DNA of 64,000 nucleotides from Candidatus Micrarchaeia archaeon. GTDB taxonomy: Archaea > Micrarchaeota > Micrarchaeia > CAILAH01. This document shows, one piece after another, positions 1 through 9,400 of the stretch. Every line of letters starts with the position of its first letter. The first letter of the stretch is position 1. The stretch spans positions 1-64,000 of the forward strand of contig JAVZCB010000001.1 in assembly GCA_038874595.1 (NCBI GenBank), given 5' to 3'. A program made the translations under genes and the position numbers. Below the pieces are notes generated by a model. The model made no database searches. It worked only from the letters and a program-made list of their open reading frames with translations, and was not told where the DNA came from.

Positions 1-339
1 ATGCAGGAGGTATTTGGCCTTGGTAATAACATGGATGTATGCAAAAATTCAGAGCCCACGCTCATTAACGAGTTTGCAGGGCCTCTAATGAAGGAGACAG
101 GGTTTGGCAGTTTGGGCGGGATACCAATGGAAGGAAAGCTTTCAGAAAAGATAATCTCAAAGGCAGAAAATCTGTCATATAAGGCAAATTCTGATTTTGC
201 AATATTGTTCCTTCGCGTTGGTGTGGAATCAACACTGCTCCCTATGCTTGCGATAATAATTTCTCTTGGGCTCGCACGCGAGTTTGCGCTTCTCCTCGGG
301 AGTGATATAGACTTCTCGCAGCTTATCAGGGTGGTATGA
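1..339 (+). CDS. C-terminal part of a polytopic membrane protein, paralog of the next two genes (5' partial)
   Basis: Ends in a TM helix plus LAREFALLLGSDIDFSQLIRVV, like the C-termini of 340..1482 and 1484..2563. Confidence 0.75.
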   Translation: MQEVFGLGNNMDVCKNSEPTLINEFAGPLMKETGFGSLGGIPMEGKLSEKIISKAENLSYKANSDFAILFLRVGVESTLLPMLAIIISLGLAREFALLLGSDIDFSQLIRVV

Positions 340-1482
340 TTGATAAAGCAGATATTCTTTATTACATTGGCAATGATGCTGGTATTAAGCCCGGTGTATG
401 CAGCAGATGCGTGTAAAGTTGCCCTTTCACAGGACATGCTATCAATATTCTCAATTGGTATCATTATCTCTTTACTGCTTATATCACTGTTTTATATGGC
501 AGGTATCCTTCTCGAAAGCCCTGATGTTGAGGCGACAATGAAAGTTGATTTGCAACAAATTGGCCTGACTTTACTCATTGCAATTATTATTGGTGCATCT
601 CTTCAATTATTATGCTCGATTAATATCACTCCGGTAGGCATTGAGCTTGGCTCAAAGGGCAGCTTAGCTGCATCTGTTGAGAAGAACCTTCTTGCAGCGA
701 CAAAAGTAACATTGCAGGCATATCTTGACATGTCAACCAACATATTTGATTATGCAAGAGTTGGCAGTATCTATGGAGGTATATCATCATTGGGTGTGAG
801 TGTGATGTTTGCCCCATTTTCTATATATAGCACTATTGCACAGGCGCTTGCACCTTTGGCCCAGATGACTCTGATAGCGTATTTCTCTCTCGTGTTCCAG
901 TATTCACTGTTTAAAATCACGCAGAGCACGGTCTTTTTGTATTTACTCCCCATAGGGCTAACGCTGCGTGCATTCCCAATGTTCAGGAAGTTTGGAGGTG
1001 TGCTTGTTGCAGTATGCCTTGGGATGTCTTTTATCTATCCCCTGATAGTGGCGGTTGGTTTTGCAATGCTTGAAAAACCCCCGGAACAGATATACAAACG
1101 CCAAGATAGATTTTGTCATGGCGAAGCTTTGGGTATGAGCTGTTATGAATTTATTGCTCCTACCTCAGTATTGCTCCTTGGATTATCTATTTTATCTTCT
1201 TACGTGACACTGCCTCTTGAAACTGTAGTGATAGGTGCGGTTGCATCATCACTTGCAGCATTAAATGCAGGTTATATATCGCAGCAGCTAGGCCTTGATA
1301 TTGCCCTATCAGGATTCCTTTTGCCACATCTGCGTTATATGTATGCTTCATTTGCAACTATCATAATAATGGCATTCTTTCTTCCAATTCTTGAAGCAAT
1401 GATTGTTAGTGCAATAGTCCGCAGCCTATCTGGCGCAATCGGTGCCGAGACGGACATAAGTGGAATTATGAGGGCGATATGA
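340..1482 (+). CDS. Polytopic membrane protein, possibly CedA/VirB6-like
   Basis: Signal peptide (SPVYA), many TM helices, LPIGLTLRAFPMFRKFGGVLVAVCLGMSFIYP motif shared with the next gene; family assignment is by recall. Confidence 0.6.
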   Translation: MIKQIFFITLAMMLVLSPVYAADACKVALSQDMLSIFSIGIIISLLLISLFYMAGILLESPDVEATMKVDLQQIGLTLLIAIIIGASLQLLCSINITPVGIELGSKGSLAASVEKNLLAATKVTLQAYLDMSTNIFDYARVGSIYGGISSLGVSVMFAPFSIYSTIAQALAPLAQMTLIAYFSLVFQYSLFKITQSTVFLYLLPIGLTLRAFPMFRKFGGVLVAVCLGMSFIYPLIVAVGFAMLEKPPEQIYKRQDRFCHGEALGMSCYEFIAPTSVLLLGLSILSSYVTLPLETVVIGAVASSLAALNAGYISQQLGLDIALSGFLLPHLRYMYASFATIIIMAFFLPILEAMIVSAIVRSLSGAIGAETDISGIMRAI

Positions 1483-1483
1483 T

Positions 1484-2563
1484 ATGATACAGCCTCCTAT
1501 GATTACAGTATTATGGGACACAGCTGCCCAAAACTTTGCAAAAAACCTGCCATTGGAATGGTATGGCGCATCGATGCTCGTTGTAATGATTATTGCATTA
1601 TCCTTGATTCTCATTTTTATGCTGTCCCGCATATTCCAGGCGCATAACCTTGAATCTACAATTAAGCGTGAGCTGTTCCAGCTGGGTGCAACTGTCATAA
1701 TGATAACCCTATTGTTAGGTATACAACAATCCGTGGATAAGTTCCTGATTGCAGGCAACACAGACATACGCGATATGATAAGCGAAAAAGCCGCAGAGGA
1801 GCTTCTTGGTAAAAAGGGGTTTGAAGTTAACATCTTTGATGTCTCATATGTTTACCTAATTTCAACGCAGAAATGCCTGAAAAAGACATATGAAGGATAC
1901 TTAAACGACCAAACAGCTGAGATTTTGTCACGGTTAAGTGCAAGTTTTGATGTCCTGGGAAACCAAATCCCCATGCCTTTAGCCCCGTTATTCATCCCTT
2001 TCTGGAAATCACTTATGACCAGCATTATGCGTGCAGAGGATGTAATGTGGCTTTCAATCGCAACATATTTCCAGATTAATTTCCTGCAGTGGATTGAAGC
2101 GAGCATGGCCACGGTATATTTGCCCATAGGAATACTATTCCGTTCGATTCCGTTCACGCGTGGTGCCGGAGCCGCAATAATGGCAATAGCAATATCCCTA
2201 TATTTCGTATACCCCTTCCTTCTAACAATATTATTCTTCAATGGCCCGCCGCTGCCCCCCGTGTGCGCCGTTTCGGTGACAGCGCCTGAGGAAGGAGGAG
2301 GTACTGCAGCAAAGCCGCCCAAGGTATGCCCAAACGATCCCACCTCAGTCGAGGCCTATTTCAGCACAGGTGGAGGTGCAGGAGGCACTGCAGGCTCATT
2401 GGTACAAAAAATTGATGTATCTGGCTTTGATGCAGTCAGGATGTATGCGTACTATTTCCCGTTTGTTGCGTTTGTGGGCACAGTCATATTTGGACGTTCG
2501 CTTGCTCAAGTCCTTGGCGGTAACATCTCAGACATTGGAAGGGGGATGGTGAGGATAATCTAG
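1484..2563 (+). CDS. Polytopic membrane protein, possibly CedA/VirB6-like
   Basis: Many TM helices, LPIGILFRSIPFTRGAGAAIMAIAISLYFVYP motif; paralog of the previous gene. Confidence 0.6.
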   Translation: MIQPPMITVLWDTAAQNFAKNLPLEWYGASMLVVMIIALSLILIFMLSRIFQAHNLESTIKRELFQLGATVIMITLLLGIQQSVDKFLIAGNTDIRDMISEKAAEELLGKKGFEVNIFDVSYVYLISTQKCLKKTYEGYLNDQTAEILSRLSASFDVLGNQIPMPLAPLFIPFWKSLMTSIMRAEDVMWLSIATYFQINFLQWIEASMATVYLPIGILFRSIPFTRGAGAAIMAIAISLYFVYPFLLTILFFNGPPLPPVCAVSVTAPEEGGGTAAKPPKVCPNDPTSVEAYFSTGGGAGGTAGSLVQKIDVSGFDAVRMYAYYFPFVAFVGTVIFGRSLAQVLGGNISDIGRGMVRII

Positions 2564-2644
2564 CATTTGAGGGTGATAGATAACTTGGGATATTTCATAG
2601 GAGAAGCAGCAGAGATATTTAAGGCCGCAATATAAGGTGATTCA

Positions 2645-3418
2645 TTGAAGCTTGATGATAAGAAACTGGTTATAGCAATATCCATGATGTTTGCATTTGT
2701 ACTTGTAGTGCTCTTTTTCCTTTCACCTCAAAAACAAGATTATCTAAAACCCGGCCCGAACGCCTCTTTTGAGGTGTCATCCCTTTTTGATTCCACTGTA
2801 CAAGATGAAAACGTGACGGCATCATTTCAGGGCCAAACCCCCAATAGCAACGCTACGCCAAACAGCCTATCGGATATGCCAGGAACTGCACAACAAAAAA
2901 ACTGTACACCCTTAGGTGACATCTCAAAGCTAATGCTTATTGGAACTAAATATCTTCTCTATTATGGGGGCAATCCGGTTTATATCCAATCTGCACTTTC
3001 TGGTGTAACAAATGGGAATTACGTAATAAAGGAAAACGTTAAGGCACGGAATGGTGATGAGGTTGTTGAAGCAATCTCTATCAGCGTTTATGATATCAAT
3101 GGGAAATGTATACAAAAGAAGATATCTATTGTTGGGATGGAGCAGTATTTTACTGGTGATAAAGGGACTATACAGTGTGGTGGATATCCTTTATGGGTTG
3201 TGTGTAAGGAGATGATTGATAGCAGCTTTTTTGATAGGAACGATACCGTTGTTATACGTGGTGTGCCATACAAGGTTAAAGTGTTCAAATCCGAAAAAAG
3301 CGAGATATGGGTAGGATACGACCCGCCTATAATGTTCAAGTATTACTTCGATGGTGATACAATGAATAAAAGCTTTTCAGCAGAACTTATCGATATGAAT
3401 TATGGGGGTATAAGATGA
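2645..3418 (+). CDS. Membrane-anchored hypothetical surface protein
   Basis: AGGTGA RBS before TTG, N-terminal TM helix, N/S/T-rich linker; stop overlaps the next start (ATGA). Confidence 0.75.
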   Translation: MKLDDKKLVIAISMMFAFVLVVLFFLSPQKQDYLKPGPNASFEVSSLFDSTVQDENVTASFQGQTPNSNATPNSLSDMPGTAQQKNCTPLGDISKLMLIGTKYLLYYGGNPVYIQSALSGVTNGNYVIKENVKARNGDEVVEAISISVYDINGKCIQKKISIVGMEQYFTGDKGTIQCGGYPLWVVCKEMIDSSFFDRNDTVVIRGVPYKVKVFKSEKSEIWVGYDPPIMFKYYFDGDTMNKSFSAELIDMNYGGIR

Positions 3419-6400
3419 AGAGAGTACTTATTATTTTTGCCTTGTTCCTGGCAGTACTTCTTTCTTCAGGCTGTCTTACATATGATGTCCGGCAGGAGCT
3501 CCCAACCAAGATTGAAGTTACAGAGAAACCAATCACGCCTATTGAATCACCGATTGAATGCAAGACTGCAAGTTGCCTTACTTTCATAAAAGAGGTTGAT
3601 CAGAAGAACCTCAGATGGGAATGCTCACCGCTTTTTAAAGGGGCAAATGATGACCCTGCAGGTACCGTGTATTACCAAGATAAAGGTGATGTGTGCAAAA
3701 CTCTCCCTGCAGCTGATACGCTTTGCCTGCAGTATGACTGTGCTTTCAATAAGGATACCTTTACAGGCTATTATAAGGCATACTACCAATGTTTGGGTGA
3801 AGACGACAGCATTGACAACTGGGGTGTAGGGTATGGGGTTGCATACCCAAACGAAGATGTTTCCTTTTTCAAGATATACACAAAGGGGATAGGCTCTGTA
3901 GGCAGGCTTCCAAGTTATGGCTTTGCGTGTAACGCAATGTCAAGCGAATCCAGAGGGAAGGGTTATAATACATTATGCGATTATCAGGATGGATGTTACA
4001 CGTGTGTTGATTGGGCACTTTTGATAACATACGAGCCGCGCGCCTGCCCGGCAGAGATGCCTATTTTGTACCCCTATAACGCAAAGGGTTTTACTTATAA
4101 TCCAGTGATAAATACAGATGCAAACCCTGGCAGGGAAGTAATACGCGATTTGAGGAAGGATTATACTAAACTTGGCAAGCTCGCTACAGCTTATGCTAAC
4201 AATGTAGCGAAGAATTCTAAGGAAAGTGAGGTGGGTTATGTTAAGGGTTGTGAAGAGATATGCAGCGACCTTGTAAACCATCCAGAGAAGGCAGATGAAT
4301 GTAACAAATGCTCTAAAGAGCATTCTAATGATGAGATTGAAGAGCCCCAGAAAAGCAGTGACAAGCCGGTTGATAGAGGATATACTCTTGCACAATTAAA
4401 TGGTAAATGCAACGGCCTGAACCCGTGCGTGGAGATTGACCGTGCTGGCATAGGCGTTGTCGACAGCTACATTGTAGGCGGTGAAAACACTCAAAATACT
4501 GAGAGCCCGGAATATTCAATTTATACAAGATATGCCAAATGTGACCGTGGTGATTACCCTGGCGAAAAGGGGATGAGGTATTTCATATGCAGCTGCAGGT
4601 GCAAGCAGACAATACGTGCAACGTATGAATGCAGGCGGGCCGGCAATACAACCGCTTACTATTATTCATATTGCAAGGAGTCCAAGGACAAGACGTCACA
4701 GGGCGGTTATGTTTACGAGTTCCATAACTTTAGCGGTGGAGCGTACAAGATAGTGCTTGGAAATGCAACCTCTGAAATCCCAATATTCCTGCTCGGCCAG
4801 GGGCCAACGTTCAAGGATTACGAGCTTGCAAAGAAGTTGTGTGCCCCATCAAATCCTGCGGATGTTACAATAACAGGAGGCAAGCTACCGTTCGTTCCGA
4901 GTAATTTAACTGTGTTTGAAGGTGCACAATTCTGCCTAATTAATAATGGTGCGGGCGCACACAGCGTTTATTCACCTTTAACTATACAGATATATAACCC
5001 ATCAACGAAATCAATAATGAGCTTTACGCAAGATGTGCGAATCGCAAACCTTTCGAGTGGTGCAAGCTCTTGCATTAAGACTGGTGAAGGAACAAATTTC
5101 ACTGTTGGCCAATACACACTTTACTTAGATGATAACAAAATCGCAAAAGCCACTGTTAAAGTTGTAAAGCCAACAACAGGTGCAACGACGGGTGTTGTTA
5201 AGGCAGGTGCGGGAGGCAGGCCAGTATTCCTTTACAATGGTGAGCTTGAGCTTGATGGGGTTTATGCATCCGGCCCGGCTGGTCAAAACACACTGAACAT
5301 AATAGACACCGACGGCAGTGTGCGCAAGGTTAGTGCAGATACAGGTGAGCATACCGATAAGATAGGTAATGTGAAGTTTAGTTATGTTGCGTATACAAGT
5401 GGTGACAAGATAACAATTTCAGGTGAGGGCGAGCCGGTGTTTGCACCACGCGCAATAGTGCTTTCTGCAGGCTCAAAACTATGTGTGGTGAACACAGTTG
5501 AAAGTGGTGCAAAGAACCTGCTCCTCGAGAAAAAGGTAAATTATACACCTGAGACATATGTCCCAATAGCGGCCAAAAGGTCACTTTATGGTCTTGAGTG
5601 CTGTTTTGATATCCCCGACCCTGGTGTGTACCGTGTAAGTGATAGCGATTACCTGAACAGCATGAAAGCGTATGTGGTTGTATTTCCAAGCAAAGTTGCA
5701 CCTTTGATTACAATTAATGATTATGGGTACACACCAATTTCATCCCTTGCCAAGCGTGATGATTATGTATGTATTACTAACCCGATAGGCGCAAATCGCA
5801 CCATATCTTATACCTCTGATAAAGGTGGTAAGGGTACGCTTAAGGTTAGGGCACTTGAAGATTATTGCACCTATGACCTTACAAAAACTGATGCGAACTA
5901 CAATTTCACGGATATGCTTACAGGTGCAAAGTTTTATTTGTCGACCACTTCAGGATCAGTGCTTAACATTGATGTTTATAAGCGCACATTCATCCCAAAG
6001 AATGGGCGGGTTGATAAAGGTGGGCAGGTATGCCTTAATGCAGTAGATTCAAATGTAACTCTGATTTTTGCGCCTGTATCTAAAACATCTGCACTTACAG
6101 GGCAAACGCTTACAGGCCAAACAATCCAGCTTGCACCCGGCCAGAAGCGATGTATTGAAATGAGCACTGAAGGATTATTTACGTTCAGAAATAAAGGCAC
6201 AGGGCTTGACTGTTTTGTTGCGGTCGGTGATAAGGGCGTAGGATACATCGTTAATGGTACTGTAATATATACTCCTTTGGATGTTATGTTTCCAGATTAT
6301 GCGGCTGCATCTACAAACCCATTATATATTGATCTATTTACGAAATATCCCAAGGTTACTTTGCATAATCTAGATGATGTTAGTTATGTGGTTTACAACG

Positions 6401-9400
6401 AGTTGACAATCAGGAACGGGACGGGGTTCAGTACACACCGCCTTGACCTTGTGACCCCGCACACGATAATTTACAATAAAGCGCCATACGATGTTACTAT
6501 AAAGATAATATCACGAGCACTATCTAAAACAGGAAGAACAATAACAATCCCAAAAGGAGGTTACGAGATATACACATATGATTCAGATGCAGGTGATTAT
6601 CGCATCGTGAGTGTTACTAATTTGAATGTTAAGCCCGTTGAAGGTGGTCCGGCAGGGTTAGGCACAAACGTTGATATTAACGGTGAAAAGCTTCTGGACA
6701 GTAGCGGTGTGGTCGTTCCAGCTTCAGGACTAAAAGAAATAACTGTGCGAAGTGTAGGTGGCACGCTCGTAAGCCTGTTCTCTTACACTGGAAGCATAGA
6801 GAATCCATCAACACTCCCTCAAAAGAAAGGTGTTCTGGTAATAAGAGGTAGTGTTGAAGGTGGCGAGTCGGTTGTTGCATCAAAGTTTAATTTTATGAAG
6901 ACGTTGGGGTTTGGTGTGCAAACTTTATCGGGCGTTCCTACAAATGAGGAGTTGATGCAGGCACGCAAGATGCTTGCCATAGATAATTCAATCCCGGTGT
7001 TTTTGTATTCGCGTATTGGAAAGGTTACAGTAGGTCTTGTAGACCCTGCAACAACAGAAACATATCGTATTAATACAGGTGCTCTTGTCAAAGTATCTCT
7101 TGACAGTGATATAAGCAAACAGGAAGTTGTGGTATCAGATAAGAATATTGATCCTTCCAAATATAATGGTGCTTCCAGTCAATGGATTTTTAATATGCCC
7201 ACAAATCCAGTGAATTTTACAATCAAGAAAGGGAGTGTTGAAAAGAAGGTTGAGCTGGTACCACAAACTGCAGTTAAGGAAGTGCGAATGTCTTATACGC
7301 AATATAGGGTAGATACGCACGGTAATGAGAATTATATGTTGCGTGTGCATAACCTTGCAGTTGAGCCGCGTGCAGTCATGCTGCGGCCGAATAAGATAAA
7401 TGAGTACTGCCAGATTGGTGTAGGCAAAATGGAGGAAGACCTTTCAAACATGTGGAGTCCCATAAAGATGCAGGTTTACAAGGTTTACAATGTATCAAAT
7501 AATGATTTGGATGCGCTTGAGAACCACGATTCTTTTGTAAGACAAGGAGTATCAAAAATTACAGATATAACGCTTCTTCCAAATATGGGGTATAAGGATA
7601 TCTCGCTTGAGCTTGGCAGGTCAAAAACTTCTGATAACACTCCTGGCCAGCTTACGCTCAGGGCAAAAGCAGGTAGTACAGCTCCTAATACCCAGGCGTC
7701 TAAGATTTCAACGGAAAATAGGGTTGAGCTTTCACCAGGGTATGTGAGCGGGCTTAAGGATACACAAGCGGTTCGCGTCTATAGGATATTCAGCAGTCAG
7801 GTGCAGGAGGGAGACCCAAAAACTACTATTAATCAAAGGTATCTAGACGTGGGTCTTAGCACTGATGTTTATGGTGGAGAAAAGTACGCGGTTATTGTGC
7901 ACAGGTTTGCTCCACTTACTTACTTGACCGAAAATGAGCTTATCTCTAATATTAATTTGTGGAAAGGAGCAGTGTTTGCCGAGAAAAATTACAACTTACT
8001 TCCACGGGTATGGAAAAACGTATGGGAGGGCGAAAACTTTTACTTGTGGAGTGGTTGCGGCTCAAGCCATCTTATAGTCCCATTCAGTAATGATATATAT
8101 CCAAACGAGTTTGCATATTCTGCTCCAGCCATCTTAGGATTTAAGGGTATGAATAGTTTCCGTGAAGGATATGATAATTACATGCTGCTGAAAACAGCTA
8201 AATATAATTATCCTGTTTTGCCACAGGCAATAGGAAACATCAGGTATAATACTTATACGTTTAAGTTTGTGGATCACTTGGTTCAAGATATAGACTTGAA
8301 TTCAGGAAAATCCTCATCAGAAACGATTGTGCCGACAGCATTTAGAATTACAAACGGTGAGGTACTAACTGAATTCGGTCTTGTGTTTTATGATGAGAAT
8401 AACGGTGATATTCCTTGTGGTAAGATGTACACAGGTTCTAAATTTAGTGAGACAGGAGATTTATTTGGCAGCTATGATGGGGATCCCTTTACAGATAAAA
8501 CACGTTTCAAGTGTGGTACCGGCACTACGGACTATAAAGATGATTATGAAGCAGCAATTAAAGCGCAACTTGATGATAGTCGGTCGTACATAGTGTATAA
8601 TAAATATGGAGGATACTGTTACTTTGGGGATGACCTTAAATTTGAAAATGGTGAATATGTTGAATATGTTGATAATCAAGGATTAGGATTAAAGAACACT
8701 CTATGGTGTCACGTGACAACTAAAGCATATGGAAATAATGGCAGAGCAATTGGTGCTCAAAAAGATGGTAGCTGGAATTTTGCGTATGTGTGGAAAGGCC
8801 TTGGTGATTATAAAGGAGGTTCAGAGAACTACGATAGAGTGATTGAGCTTAAGCTTGATAGTTCGTATGGCAATGAGAGGAGATACTCTTTCATTGCCAA
8901 GCCGTATTATGAGTTTCCAGAACCCGCGTGTGATGTTTCATCTATTCCTACAGGTAATAAATTTGATGGGGGTGTTCCCGAGAATGCATTTGCAGGAGGT
9001 ATTATGTTCCTTTTGAATGATGTATCTCCCGCAAAGAGCAGGTTTGATGAGAACGAAATAGAAAAGGGCACGTCAGAGATGAGTATGGGATATGCGCTAA
9101 CAAACAAGTTTACAATTCCAAACACTCAACTTACTATTGGCCAAAAGGCAGCATGTTTTGGTGAATCCACGTTTGATGGTATCCAGGAGGTTATCGCACC
9201 GCAGGCAGTTAATATATACACACCAGATGCACACGGCGAGTATGCAATTTATGATTCCCCATTCTATCCAAACTTCAAACTGAAAACTAAAGATGGAGAT
9301 ATGTTTTATTATCATCTCTCACCGTTTGCAACTGACAGTGGTAGTGGTAACGTGCGCTCATCACTTGATAAAGGTAAGCTTGGCACTGTTATGTATGATG

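Noticed and set aside
2613-2628. 16-bp match AGATATTTAAGGCCGC also at 28645-28660
   Set aside because: One exact 16-mer pair in 64 kb can arise by chance and it contains a TATA-like core; no third copy was seen.
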